Source of the DNA: Candidatus Hydrothermarchaeum profundi
GTDB lineage: Archaea > Hydrothermarchaeota > Hydrothermarchaeia > Hydrothermarchaeales > Hydrothermarchaeaceae
Direction: 5' to 3'
DNA: 64,000 bases
Assembly (NCBI GenBank): GCA_002011125.2
Contig: MTMF02000009.1
Coordinates: 440,045-504,044 of the forward strand
Shown: positions 1 to 9,426 of the stretch, piece by piece
Numbering within the stretch: position 1 is the stretch's first letter
How the letters are laid out: every line of letters begins with the position of its first letter
Position numbers and translations under genes: made by a program
The notes under the pieces: model-generated
Seen by the model: the letters and a program-made list of their open reading frames with translations, nothing else
Database searches by the model: none
Told to the model about the DNA's origin: nothing

Positions 1-288
1 AAACTTCCACCTACAGTTAAAGTACCTCAAATGGGGTGGAATTCCATAAAAATAAAGAAGGAAAGCAGATTACTAGACGGCATTAGAGATGGAGAGTTTT
101 TTTACTTCGTTCACTCATTTTACGCCAAGCCTAAAGAAGATGTGACCGTTGCAACAACAGAATATGGTGTTGAGATTCCCGCGATATTAGAAAAAGGCAA
201 ACTATATGCTACGCAGTTCCATCCAGAAAAGAGCGGGAAAATTGGGTTAAACCTCCTTAAAAATTTCATAGCTATAGCTAAAGAATAA
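1..288 (+). CDS. hisH: Imidazole glycerol phosphate synthase glutaminase subunit HisH, C-terminal fragment (5' end outside window)
   Basis: Frame is open from nt 1 (KLPPTVKVPQMGWN...). 'YFVHSFY' and 'ATQFHPEKSG' match the conserved class-I amidotransferase region of HisH. TAA at 286-288. Confidence 0.8.
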   Translation, partial: KLPPTVKVPQMGWNSIKIKKESRLLDGIRDGEFFYFVHSFYAKPKEDVTVATTEYGVEIPAILEKGKLYATQFHPEKSGKIGLNLLKNFIAIAKE

Positions 289-304
289 AAAGTAAAAAAT
301 ACGC

Positions 305-311
305 TTTTTTT
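305..311. terminator. Oligo-T tract between convergent genes (archaeal-type terminator candidate)
   Basis: T7 run directly after the hisH stop, in a 44-nt convergent intergenic gap. Confidence 0.3.
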
Positions 312-332
312 AATCTACAAGCATGATTTAGT

Positions 333-1124
333 TCATATCGCTAGATTAAAGGCCCTCCCTTTCCATAGTGCCAAGAATTTCTCACGACTAATTCTTAGAT
401 AATCCCTATCATGAGCATGGATCTCCAAGGTAATAGTACCATCATACACTCTCTTTAATTCTCTTACCATTTTTTTCCAGTCGATATTCCCTGTACCTAG
501 AGGGAGATGAAGATCTTCATATCCTAAATTATCGTGAACATGAACATGAGCTAATCTTTCATAAAAATTTTTTAAGAATACGAAAAGTTCCTCTTCCTCT
601 CTAAGACCCAAATTAGCATGCCCAATATCGAATAAAAACTTAGCGTTTGGAACTTCGCTAAAGATTCTAGAGAAATCTTCAACATTGAACGTGGAGATAT
701 CCATATTTTCAACGCAGAGCGTTATTCCTCTGTCGCTTGCTTCCTCAACTATTTCTTTAATTCCCGCTATATTGCGTCCAAGTTTATCCTCAAATAGTCC
801 CTTTGGCTTTAAAATATGAATTCCAACTTTTTCTATCTCGAATTTTGAAGCTATTTTTATAACCTTTTTAGCCTCTTTGAGATATGCTTTTTGAACGGTC
901 TTGTACGGATTTCCTATGTCAAAGAACCAAGGTATATGGGCAATAGCAAACATTTCGTACCTAGTAAGTTGCTCTTTGATTTCATTTAAATTCTCTTTAA
1001 GTGTCTCTGGATCTGCTTTTGGTCCTTCAACTGCCAATTCTACAAAGTCAAACCTCATTTCTCCAAAAAGATTGATCTCCTTTATCACATTTCTTTCGGG
1101 ATTATTCATAGCGCCAAGCTTCAT
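333..1124 (-). CDS. Sugar phosphate isomerase/epimerase family protein (xylose-isomerase-like TIM barrel)
   Basis: 263-aa ORF with family-typical motifs: 'FVELA', 'GIHILKP', 'LCVEN', 'FDIGHAN', 'HVHVHDN', 'LEIH'. Confidence 0.6.
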   Translation of the reverse strand: MKLGAMNNPERNVIKEINLFGEMRFDFVELAVEGPKADPETLKENLNEIKEQLTRYEMFAIAHIPWFFDIGNPYKTVQKAYLKEAKKVIKIASKFEIEKVGIHILKPKGLFEDKLGRNIAGIKEIVEEASDRGITLCVENMDISTFNVEDFSRIFSEVPNAKFLFDIGHANLGLREEEELFVFLKNFYERLAHVHVHDNLGYEDLHLPLGTGNIDWKKMVRELKRVYDGTITLEIHAHDRDYLRISREKFLALWKGRAFNLAI

Positions 1125-1271
1125 GTCATAAGTTTGCTTATTTAACCTTATTTAACAATTAAAAAAAAAGGAAAATATGAAGAAACCGGATTTGCTTGTT
1201 AAAGGAATATGCGCCCATAGGATTTGAATAGTTTCTTAAGGCGCATATATCCTTTAAAAGTTTTGGAAATT

Positions 1272-1694
1272 TTATTTAAAATACCTGTCTAATAGTCCTT
1301 GAAGTGCTTTTGCATGCCTTGCCTCATCTCTCGAAGATTCATCAAAAAAATCATGCGCCTCATCGATGCCTCCTTCCTTAGCTTTTACTGCAGCTTCTCT
1401 TTTTCCTTTATTCGCCATTTTTTCTCCTGCCAACATCTTTTCTAGATTCTCTTTAGTACTCGTTGATATCAAGCCATTGAGTTCAGCAAACCTAGCCGCA
1501 TGCCATGCTTCATCCATCGCTATTTTCTCAAGGGCCACTGCTATCTCAGGATATCCTTCACGCAATGCCTGCTTTGACATTGCGAGATAAAGACCAACTT
1601 CACTCGTTTCTCCCATAAAATTTTTCTTTACATGTTCTTCCACAGGGCTTCCCTTAGCAATGCCCACCTTGCTTTCAAATTCTAATTCTTGCAT
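1272..1694 (-). CDS. Rubrerythrin/ferritin-like di-iron protein (no rubredoxin domain)
   Basis: 140 aa with two E-x-x-H metal-ligand motifs ('DEAWHAARF', 'DEARHAKAL') and 'GETSEVGLY'. Strong SD GGAGGTGG upstream. Confidence 0.7.
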   Translation of the reverse strand: MQELEFESKVGIAKGSPVEEHVKKNFMGETSEVGLYLAMSKQALREGYPEIAVALEKIAMDEAWHAARFAELNGLISTSTKENLEKMLAGEKMANKGKREAAVKAKEGGIDEAHDFFDESSRDEARHAKALQGLLDRYFK

Positions 1695-1762
1695 TTTTTA
1701 CCACCTCCATAATTTTTATATAGGTATATCGCATATATTTATACTAAATATATAAATTTTTG

Positions 1763-1777
1763 GTACGAAATTCGTAC
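1763..1777. promoter_or_regulatory. Perfect 7-1-7 palindrome GTACGAA-A-TTCGTAC between a TATA-like box and the SD of the Lrp gene (operator candidate)
   Basis: Read directly. TATA-like ATATATAAAT lies at about 1748-1757, SD AAGGAG at 1785-1790, ATG at 1799. Confidence 0.5.
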
Positions 1778-1798
1778 TTAAAAAAAGGAGAAAGTAGT

Positions 1799-2221
1799 AT
1801 GGTAGATTGGAAAGATTTGAAAATAATAGAAATGCTTCGCAATAATGCTCGCACCCCTTTTACAAAAATAGCAGAAGAACTAGGAGTAACTGAGTCTACT
1901 ATTAGAAAACGTGTTAAAGCGCTAGAAAAAAGCGGTGCAATAATAGGGTATACTATAAATGTAGACCCCGTTAAATTGGGTTATAAAAATATTGCCCTTA
2001 TTGGAATAGATACAGCTCCAGAAAATTATTTTGAAGTAGTAGAAAAACTGATAAGCGAAGAAGAAGTTCGCTCTGTATCTACCTCTTCTGGAGATCATAT
2101 GATAATGATAGAATATTGGGCGAAAAATAACAAAGAACTCATGGAATTCACCAATAAATTAAATTCTTTAAAAGGCGTAACAAAAGTTTGTCCCGCCATC
2201 ATATTAGAGAAGCTAAAATAG
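1799..2221 (+). CDS. Lrp/AsnC family transcriptional regulator
   Basis: 'DLKIIEMLRNNARTPFTKIAEELGVTESTIRKRVKALEKSGAI' is the Lrp HTH and the C-terminal half is RAM-domain-like. I prefer ATG 1799, which has AAGGAG 9 nt upstream, over the track's TTG at 1760. Confidence 0.8.
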   Translation: MVDWKDLKIIEMLRNNARTPFTKIAEELGVTESTIRKRVKALEKSGAIIGYTINVDPVKLGYKNIALIGIDTAPENYFEVVEKLISEEEVRSVSTSSGDHMIMIEYWAKNNKELMEFTNKLNSLKGVTKVCPAIILEKLK

Positions 2222-2262
2222 AAGCGGATATCTTTATTATTTAATAGAGGATATACTCAAAT

Positions 2263-3612
2263 ATGGATCTAGAAGGTTTCGCGAGAAGAAAAATACTAGA
2301 AGGATACGATCACCAGGAAATAATCAAAGAATTAAAACAAGCAATAAAAGAATTCAAAGACTGGAGTGAGGAAAGGAACGAAGAGTTTTCTAAAGCGGTA
2401 TTAGACGAAGTTATAACCTCAGAATCATACAAAAAAATTAAGGATACTTTCTTAAGAAGGCTTTTAGGATATCCTACAGCAGAAGTCAAGATGGGAGAAT
2501 TTGGCGTAGGTTCTAGGGGCGAGGGAGATTTTTTTGTTCATAGAAAAATCGCTGATATTCTTGGGAGTATGGGCGAGGTTATTGGACCTCAACAGCAGGA
2601 TGATGCAGGAGTAGTTAAGGGTTCAGGTAGATACTTAACTGTCTCAATAGATGGAATGCACTCCAGACTTAGTGAGTTTCCTTTTTTAGCAGGCTTTCAT
2701 GTTGCCAGAGCTGCTTTGAGGGACGTTTACGTTATGGGATCTAAACCTGTAGCATTGATAAGCGACCTTCACTTAGGAGACGATGGAGATATAGGGAAGC
2801 TTCTTGATTTTACAGCCGGCGTTTCTACTATTTCAGAACTAACAGGAGTTCCAACCGTAGCTGGGAGTACTCTACGTATAGGAGGAGACATGGTATTTGG
2901 CGACCGCTTGGTCGCAGCAGTCGGAGCTGTAGGAACCTCTTCAGAAAGACCTAAAGCTAGAAAAAATGCTGAAGAAAGTGATGTAATCCTTATAACCGAA
3001 GGTAAAGGAGGCGGAACAATCACTACTATAGCGATTTATAATGGATATTTTGATACAATTAAGGTTACATTGAATGTTGAGTTTATGAAAGCATGTGAAA
3101 CAATTATGCAGAAGGGTCATATGCAAAGTATTCATGCTATGACTGATGTAACTAATGGTGGATTAAGGGGAGATGCTATAGAGATCTCTAGGACTTCTAA
3201 AAAGAAACTGATATTTTATGAGGAAATGCTTAATAAATTTGTAAACCCAGAAGTTATGAAAATGCTTAAAGACCTGAATATAGATCCCTTAGGTATATCT
3301 ACCGACTCTTTATTACTAATTTTACCCGAGAAGGAAGTTGAAGATGTTAAGAAATGTTTAAATGAAGTAACGAAAACCTACGAAATAGGTAGAGTAGAAT
3401 CCGGAAAGGGAGTTAAAATTCTTGGTGAGGGAGAAACTGAACTCAAGCCTCTATTCCGTGAGGCGCCCTACACTAAGATAAAAAAAATTATTGGTGAAAA
3501 AACACCGCAGAATGTGGAAAAAATGAAAGAAAATATAGAAAAAGCTAAAAAAGAAGCGGTAGAAAAAAAGAAAGAGATAATAAAATTTATTGGAGGTGGC
3601 AGCTTTGACTGA
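2263..3612 (+). CDS. AIR synthase-related (PurM/ThiL/HypE superfamily) protein with an N-terminal extension and a Lys-rich tail
   Basis: 'DDAGVV', 'SIDGMHS', '[13 protein letters not shown]' and '[10 protein letters not shown]' are PurM-superfamily motifs. The exact function cannot be assigned. Confidence 0.55.
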   Translation: MDLEGFARRKILEGYDHQEIIKELKQAIKEFKDWSEERNEEFSKAVLDEVITSESYKKIKDTFLRRLLGYPTAEVKMGEFGVGSRGEGDFFVHRKIADILGSMGEVIGPQQQDDAGVVKGSGRYLTVSIDGMHSRLSEFPFLAGFHVARAALRDVYVMGSKPVALISDLHLGDDGDIGKLLDFTAGVSTISELTGVPTVAGSTLRIGGDMVFGDRLVAAVGAVGTSSERPKARKNAEESDVILITEGKGGGTITTIAIYNGYFDTIKVTLNVEFMKACETIMQKGHMQSIHAMTDVTNGGLRGDAIEISRTSKKKLIFYEEMLNKFVNPEVMKMLKDLNIDPLGISTDSLLLILPEKEVEDVKKCLNEVTKTYEIGRVESGKGVKILGEGETELKPLFREAPYTKIKKIIGEKTPQNVEKMKENIEKAKKEAVEKKKEIIKFIGGGSFD

Positions 3613-4489
3613 AACAGGCACTGAAAAAGTGAAGAGAGGCTTGGCTCAAATGCTTAAGGGAGGAGTAATAATGGATGTTACAAACGCAGAGCAGGCGGTA
3701 ATCGCGGAAGAAGCTGGAGCAGTAGCAGTAATGGCTTTGGAAAGAGTGCCCGCGGATATAAGAGCTGCTGGCGGAGTAGCTAGGATGGCAGATCCAAAAA
3801 AAATCGAGGAAATAATGGACGCTGTCACCATACCTGTGATGGCTAAAGTTAGAATTGGACATTTCGCTGAAGCCCAGATACTTGAAGCTATGGGAGTTGA
3901 CTTTATAGATGAAAGTGAAGTTCTCACTCCAGCTGATGAAAGGAATCATATTGACAAAACTAAATTTAAAGTGCCTTTTGTATGCGGCGCAAGAAGTCTT
4001 GGAGAGGCTTTACGTAGGATTGGAGAGGGTGCTGCGATGATAAGGACTAAAGGAGAAGCAGGTAGCGGTAATGTAGTAGAAGCTGTAAGGCATATGCGAG
4101 AGGTGATGGGGCATATTAGAAAACTTCAAAACATGTCAGAAGACGAACTTATGACTGAAGCTAAAGAGATGGGTGCACCATATGACCTAGTAAAAGAAAC
4201 CGCTAAGCTTGGAAGACTACCTGTAGTTAATTTCGCTGCTGGCGGAATTGCTACTCCTGCTGATGCTTCATTAATGATGCAGTTAGGCGCTGATGGTATT
4301 TTTGTAGGCTCTGGTATTTTCAAGTCTGAAAATCCTGCTGCAAGAGCTAAAGCAATAGTGATGGCTACTACTCACTATGATGATCCAAAGGTATTAATTG
4401 AAGCTTCAAAAGGAATCGGAGAGGCTATGAAAGGATTGGATATTAGAAGCCTTAAGCCTGAAGAACTCCTTCAAACTAGGGGGGTTTGA
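3605..4489 (+). CDS. pdxS: Pyridoxal 5'-phosphate synthase lyase subunit PdxS
   Basis: '[42 protein letters not shown]' and '[11 protein letters not shown]' are near-invariant PdxS motifs. TTG 3605 follows GGAGGTGG. The track's start at 3590 is also possible. Confidence 0.9.
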   Translation: MTETGTEKVKRGLAQMLKGGVIMDVTNAEQAVIAEEAGAVAVMALERVPADIRAAGGVARMADPKKIEEIMDAVTIPVMAKVRIGHFAEAQILEAMGVDFIDESEVLTPADERNHIDKTKFKVPFVCGARSLGEALRRIGEGAAMIRTKGEAGSGNVVEAVRHMREVMGHIRKLQNMSEDELMTEAKEMGAPYDLVKETAKLGRLPVVNFAAGGIATPADASLMMQLGADGIFVGSGIFKSENPAARAKAIVMATTHYDDPKVLIEASKGIGEAMKGLDIRSLKPEELLQTRGV

Positions 4490-5721
4490 TGCTAAAGTTT
4501 TTTAATACCCTCTCCAGAAAGAAGGAGCTTTTTTTTCCTTTGGAGGAGGGAAGAGTAAAACTTTACACATGTGGTCCTTCTGTTTATGACACTCCTCACC
4601 TTGGTAATTATCGAACTTATGCTTTTGAAGATACATTAAAAAGATACTTAGAATTCAAAGGTTTTGAAGTATTCCATGTAATGAATGTTACCGATGTTGA
4701 AGATAAAGCTATAAGAGCTGCGAAAAAAGATAAAATATCTCTTAAAGAACTTACCAATAGGTATTTAGATATTTTTTTAAAAGATATGGATTTACTGAAG
4801 ATAAAGCTTCCTAATATCTGTGCTATAGCTTCTGAACATATAAAAGATGCCGAAAAACTTGTTAAAATCTTATTAAACAAAGGTTTAGCTTATAAGGATG
4901 AAAAAGGCAATGTTTTCTACGATATATCAAAATTTAAGGGATATGGAATGCTTTCAAAAATTAAACTCACCGATAAAATGTTAAACCGCAGAGTTACAAA
5001 AGATGATTACCAGAATTGGGAGGCAGGAGACTATGTTCTTTGGAAAGCATGGAAGAAGAGTGATGGAGAAGTATATTGGGAGAGTTATTTAGGGAAAGGA
5101 CGTCCAGGATGGCATCTAGAGGATACTGCTATCGCCCTTCGATATTTAGGTGATAGATATGATATCCACTGCGGTGGTGCGGATAATGTTTTCCCACACC
5201 ATGAAAATCTAATCGCGCAAAATGATGGAGTAACCGGCCATAAAACTGTTAATTACTGGCTCCATTGCCGACATTTAATAATAGAAGGAAGAAAGATGTC
5301 AAAACGTACCGGAAATGTAGTGTATCCCCAAGACCTTATCTCTAAAGGTTTTACTCCAGAAGGCATAAGGTATCTATTCTACTCTACCCACTATCGTAGA
5401 AGATTGAACTTCACTATGGATGAAATGCGGAAGGCGGAAGAAGAAGTCAAACGCCTAAATGGATTTATAAAATCCCTAAAAATAGGAGGAAATGAATATA
5501 TCCCTGAGATAAAGGAGGAAGTTGATAAATTAATTAAAGATTTTGAGAAATCGATGGATGACGATCTTAATACTGTGTTAGCTCTCAAGGCAATTTCAAA
5601 TATGATTGAAAATCTGGGGAAATATAGGAATGTTAAGCTGTCAAAAGATAATTACACGGAGATTATGGAAACTATCAAAAGAGTTAATAGCGTGCTCCCT
5701 ATCTTTCAATATTATCTGTAA
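4489..5721 (+). CDS. cysS: Cysteinyl-tRNA synthetase (short form, about 410 aa)
   Basis: 'YTCGPSVYDTPHLGNYR' (HIGH-type motif plus Zn Cys), 'HCGGADNVFPHHENLIAQ' and 'KMSKRTGN' (KMSKS). The ATG overlaps the pdxS TGA (TGATG). Confidence 0.85.
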   Translation: MLKFFNTLSRKKELFFPLEEGRVKLYTCGPSVYDTPHLGNYRTYAFEDTLKRYLEFKGFEVFHVMNVTDVEDKAIRAAKKDKISLKELTNRYLDIFLKDMDLLKIKLPNICAIASEHIKDAEKLVKILLNKGLAYKDEKGNVFYDISKFKGYGMLSKIKLTDKMLNRRVTKDDYQNWEAGDYVLWKAWKKSDGEVYWESYLGKGRPGWHLEDTAIALRYLGDRYDIHCGGADNVFPHHENLIAQNDGVTGHKTVNYWLHCRHLIIEGRKMSKRTGNVVYPQDLISKGFTPEGIRYLFYSTHYRRRLNFTMDEMRKAEEEVKRLNGFIKSLKIGGNEYIPEIKEEVDKLIKDFEKSMDDDLNTVLALKAISNMIENLGKYRNVKLSKDNYTEIMETIKRVNSVLPIFQYYL

Positions 5722-5754
5722 GGATGTTACACGTTAAAGTATAAAAAAAAAGAT

Positions 5755-6330
5755 ATGCTTATAGGTGTTTTAGCATTACAAGGTGATGTCTCAGAACATT
5801 TTAATATCTTGCGAAATTTATTGGCAGCCGAAGAAGTAACTTTGGTTAAAACTAAGGAAAGGATATCAGAACTTGACGGGCTAATTATACCTGGCGGGGA
5901 GAGCACGACCGTTGGAAAACTGATGGTTAAATATGGGATAGATAAAAAGATTAAGAGTAGTGAAAATTTAGCGATTTTTGGAACCTGCACAGGAGCTATT
6001 CTACTTGCTAAAAAAATATTAGGAATGAAACAGTTTACCCTTAATCTTATGGATTTTGAGGTCGAGAGAAATGCATATGGACGCCAAAGAGAGAGCTTCG
6101 AGGCTGACCTAGCGATTCCGGTATTAGATGGGAAGCCGTTTAGAGGTATATTTATCAGGGCCCCAGTAATTAAAAATGTTGGGAAGAAAGTTAAAGTTCT
6201 AGCGAGATATAAGAATGACCCAGTGCTAATAGAAGAGGACAGATTTTTGGCTGCAACTTTTCACCCAGAACTAACAGATGACATAAGGATACATAAATAC
6301 TTCATAAAAATCGTTAGGAAGTATCTCTAA
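5755..6330 (+). CDS. pdxT: Pyridoxal 5'-phosphate synthase glutaminase subunit PdxT
   Basis: 'IGVLALQGD', 'GLIIPGGESTT', 'FGTCTGAILLA', 'ERNAYGRQ', 'FIRAP', 'LAATFHPELT'. Confidence 0.9.
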   Translation: MLIGVLALQGDVSEHFNILRNLLAAEEVTLVKTKERISELDGLIIPGGESTTVGKLMVKYGIDKKIKSSENLAIFGTCTGAILLAKKILGMKQFTLNLMDFEVERNAYGRQRESFEADLAIPVLDGKPFRGIFIRAPVIKNVGKKVKVLARYKNDPVLIEEDRFLAATFHPELTDDIRIHKYFIKIVRKYL

Positions 6331-6373
6331 TTACGTTAACGTTTTTATAATATGAAAACTTAGGGGTAGAGAC

Positions 6374-7543
6374 ATGTTTGTTAGCCTTTATAACTTCAAA
6401 GACGAAGTAAGAAATGGATTTAACTTCAAAGAAATAAAGATAAATGACACTACTTTACGAGATGGAGAACAAACTCCTGGAGTAGTCTTCTCTATCGAAG
6501 AGAAGGTTAATATAGCTAAGATGCTTGACGAGATAGGGGTACAGCAAATTGAAGCTGGAACTCCTGCTATGTCTCCTGAAGAGATTAAAGCCGTAAAATC
6601 AATTGTCCAAGAAAATCTTAATGCAAGTATTATGGGTTGGGCACGGGCAGTTAAAAGTGACATCGACGCTGTGTTGAAAACTGATGCCGACGCTATTGCT
6701 ATATCTATTGCTACCTCAGATATACACCTCAAGTACAAGCTGAGAAAAACCAGAGAAGAAGTTTTAGAGATGGCTACCAATATGGTAGAATATGCAAAAT
6801 CCCATGGACTATATGTTTCTCTTAATTCAGAAGACGCTACAAGGACGGATTTCCCATTCCTAAAAGAATTCGCTAAAAGCGGACTTGAAGCCGGAGCTAA
6901 TAGGCTTAGGATATGTGATACTCTTGGAGTTCTTATACCTGCTTCAAGCAAATACCTAACAAAGAAAATTATCGAAGAAGTTGGAATAACTGTAGAAATA
7001 CACACCCACAATGATTATGGACTGGCGGTTGCAAATGCTCTTGCGGCTTTTGAAGCAGGAGCCGAGTGGGCTTCAACAACTGTTAATGGGTTAGGAGAGA
7101 GAGCAGGAAACTCCTCCCTCGAAGGGGTGATAATGAGCCTCATCAAACTATATAACTTAGATCTTCCATTTAAAATAAGTAAAATCTACCAGCTTTCTAA
7201 ATACGTTGAAAAGGCAAGCGGTATACCTATCCCACCCAATAGATCAATCGTTGGCCAACATATGTTCACACATGAATCTGGTATTCATGTAGATGGTGTA
7301 TTAAAGTACCCCTATACATACGAGTCCTTCTTACCTGACGAAATCGGTGCAAGCAGACGGATAGTTATAGGAAAACACTCGGGAAAACATGCAGTGTGGG
7401 ATAAGCTAAAGTCACTTGGATTCGAGGTGAATAAAGAGGACCTGATGAAAATAGTTGAAATAGTAAAAAAGAGAGCCGAAGAGAGAAAGAGTGCTTTAAC
7501 AGATGACGAATTAAAACAGATAGCTCTGGAAGTACTTAAATGA
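6374..7543 (+). CDS. Homocitrate / 2-isopropylmalate / citramalate synthase family enzyme (short form lacking the LeuA regulatory domain)
   Basis: 'INDTTLRDGEQTPGV', 'EIHTHNDYGLAVANALAA' and 'VNGLGERAGN' are HMGL-like aldolase motifs. At 389 aa there is no C-terminal regulatory domain. Confidence 0.8.
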   Translation: MFVSLYNFKDEVRNGFNFKEIKINDTTLRDGEQTPGVVFSIEEKVNIAKMLDEIGVQQIEAGTPAMSPEEIKAVKSIVQENLNASIMGWARAVKSDIDAVLKTDADAIAISIATSDIHLKYKLRKTREEVLEMATNMVEYAKSHGLYVSLNSEDATRTDFPFLKEFAKSGLEAGANRLRICDTLGVLIPASSKYLTKKIIEEVGITVEIHTHNDYGLAVANALAAFEAGAEWASTTVNGLGERAGNSSLEGVIMSLIKLYNLDLPFKISKIYQLSKYVEKASGIPIPPNRSIVGQHMFTHESGIHVDGVLKYPYTYESFLPDEIGASRRIVIGKHSGKHAVWDKLKSLGFEVNKEDLMKIVEIVKKRAEERKSALTDDELKQIALEVLK

Positions 7544-7552
7544 GGCTTTTAC

Positions 7553-8806
7553 ATGGGGAAAACCATCTCAGAAAAAATATTAAGTTCCCATTCTAAGAAA
7601 GATGTTTACGCTGGAGATATCATTGTAGCAAATATTGACCTAGCAATTGCCCAAGATGGTACCGGACCTTTAACTGTCCAAAAAATTCGAGAATTAAATA
7701 GAGCAGTAAAAAATCCTTCAAAAACTATATTCTTCATAGACCATGCCTCACCAAGCCCTAGAAAAGAGCTTTCTGATGCTCATACTATTTTAAGGGAGTT
7801 TACAATTGAAAGCGGATGTAAACTCTACGACATTGGATGTGGAATATCACATCAAATAATAGCTGAAGAATACGTTAATCCCGGAGAAATAGTAATCGGG
7901 GCAGATTCCCATACGTGTACAGCTGGAGCTCTTGGTGCCTTCGCTACTGGTATGGGGTCCACGGATATTGCTGTAGGGATGGTACTCGGCAAGACTTGGT
8001 TCAGAGTACCAGAAACGTATAAAATCTTAGTGACTGGAAAATTGCCTGTAGGAACTTATCCTAAAGATCTGATTCTTTATATAATAGGTAAGTTAGGCGC
8101 TAATGGTGCAACATATAAAGCTTTAGAATTCTCTGGCGAAACTATAGAAAGAATGGAAATGGCGGGCAGACTTACGCTTACTAATATGGCAGTTGAAGCC
8201 GGAGCTAAAACCGGCTTAATAGCAACCGATAAAACTACGGAAGAGTATCTTATCAGACAGGGAAGAGGAGAGAAATATGTTGAAATCAAGCCAGATAAAG
8301 ATGCCAATTACAAGAGGGAAATTTATATCGATGCCTCTGATTTAGTGCCGTTGGTTTCAGTACCTCATAGAGTGGATAACGTTAAACCAGCCTCGGAGTT
8401 ATCAGACATAAAATTGGATCAGGTATATATTGGAACTTGCACTAACGGGAGAATAGAAGATTTTAGGATTGCCGCTAAAATACTTAGAGGAAAAAAGAGG
8501 AACCCTGAAACTCGGCTAATAATCGCTCCTGCTTCTAAAGATGTATATGAGAAGGCCTTAGAAGAAGGTCTTATAAAGATTTTTTTGAATGCTGGTGCAA
8601 CCATACTACCCCCTGGCTGTGGACCCTGCGTGGGCGTTCATGGAGGTATCCTTGGAAATGGAGAAATTTGTTTATCTACGCAAAATAGAAATTTTAAAGG
8701 GCGGATGGGAAATCCTGATGCCGAAATATACCTAGCCTCTCCTGCAACCGCTGCTTATTCAGCATTATCTGGAGTGATCTCAGATCCCCAGGAGGCAATG
8801 CTATGA
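7553..8806 (+). CDS. Aconitase-family dehydratase large subunit (3-isopropylmalate dehydratase / homoaconitase, LeuC/HacA type)
   Basis: 'GADSHTCTAGALGAFA', 'IGTCTNGR' and 'PPGCGPCVG' are the Fe-S cluster Cys motifs. Confidence 0.85.
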   Translation: MGKTISEKILSSHSKKDVYAGDIIVANIDLAIAQDGTGPLTVQKIRELNRAVKNPSKTIFFIDHASPSPRKELSDAHTILREFTIESGCKLYDIGCGISHQIIAEEYVNPGEIVIGADSHTCTAGALGAFATGMGSTDIAVGMVLGKTWFRVPETYKILVTGKLPVGTYPKDLILYIIGKLGANGATYKALEFSGETIERMEMAGRLTLTNMAVEAGAKTGLIATDKTTEEYLIRQGRGEKYVEIKPDKDANYKREIYIDASDLVPLVSVPHRVDNVKPASELSDIKLDQVYIGTCTNGRIEDFRIAAKILRGKKRNPETRLIIAPASKDVYEKALEEGLIKIFLNAGATILPPGCGPCVGVHGGILGNGEICLSTQNRNFKGRMGNPDAEIYLASPATAAYSALSGVISDPQEAML

Positions 8807-9300
8807 TTCTTAAAGGGAGAGCTTGGAAATTCGGAGATAATATTAGTACCGATCTAATAGCACCTGGGAGATACTTCCATTTAAGAACAAATTTGCCTGA
8901 ACTTGCCAAACACACATTAGAAGACGCTGATCCAGAGTTTTCAAAAAAGGTAAGAAAAGGCGACTTTATAGTTGCTGGTGAAAATTTTGGTCTAGGGTCT
9001 AGCAGAGAGCACGCTCCACAAATAATTAAGCTCTCAGGAGTCAGTGCAGTTCTCGCAAAATCCTTTGCGAGAATCTTTTATCGTAACGCTGTTAATATAG
9101 GACTTCCTGTTTTAGAAGCTGACACAGATAAAATAGATAATGGAGACAAAATAGAAGTCGATATAGAAAAGGGATTAATCATAAATAATTCTAAAGATAT
9201 TAAGATTAGATCACAACCCCTACCAGAATTTATGATTAAACTATTAGAAAACGGGGGACTTATAGCTTATATTCAAAAATATAAAGACTTAGAAATTTAA
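8803..9300 (+). CDS. Aconitase-family dehydratase small subunit (LeuD/HacB type)
   Basis: 'KFGDNISTDLI', 'GENFGLGSSREHA' and 'ARIFYRNAVNIGLP'. A 4-nt overlap (ATGA) with the large subunit gene. Confidence 0.85.
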   Translation: MILKGRAWKFGDNISTDLIAPGRYFHLRTNLPELAKHTLEDADPEFSKKVRKGDFIVAGENFGLGSSREHAPQIIKLSGVSAVLAKSFARIFYRNAVNIGLPVLEADTDKIDNGDKIEVDIEKGLIINNSKDIKIRSQPLPEFMIKLLENGGLIAYIQKYKDLEI

Positions 9301-9330
9301 AAAGAAGGGATGGAGTCTCTAGAAATTTAT

Positions 9331-9426
9331 TTATCCAAATGGGTGGAAAAGCATCCCTATTACCATAATCCCCAAGAAATAGGCTATTAAACCTCCAAAA
9401 ACTATATATCCTAGCGCACTGGGCAT
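9331..9426 (-). CDS. Candidate 31-aa hydrophobic micro-protein (MPSALGYIVFGGLIAYFLGIMVIGMLFHPFG), not in the ORF track
   Basis: Hand translation. The ATG is preceded by AAGGAGGTGA with a 6-nt spacer. One predicted TM helix. There is no support beyond SD plus ORF. Confidence 0.35.
   Translation of the reverse strand: MPSALGYIVFGGLIAYFLGIMVIGMLFHPFG

Noticed and set aside
1207-1248. Hairpin ATATGCGCC-(24 nt)-GGCGCATAT downstream of the rubrerythrin-like gene, considered as a regulatory RNA.
   Set aside because: It sits between two same-strand genes where a transcript-end structure is unremarkable. It has no further conservation or motif evidence, so I did not promote it to a finding.
6388-7011. 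Long antisense ORFs opposite strongly conserved genes. Examples: 207 aa opposite the homocitrate/IPM synthase, 209 aa at 32838-33467 opposite gyrB, 233 aa at 41839-42540 opposite DP1, 158 aa at 28021-28497 opposite the K+ channel, and 141 aa at 31047-31472 opposite gyrA.
   Set aside because: Their translations are low-complexity and S/L/I/F-rich with no motifs. Each fully overlaps a gene with unmistakable family signatures. Such shadow ORFs are expected by chance.
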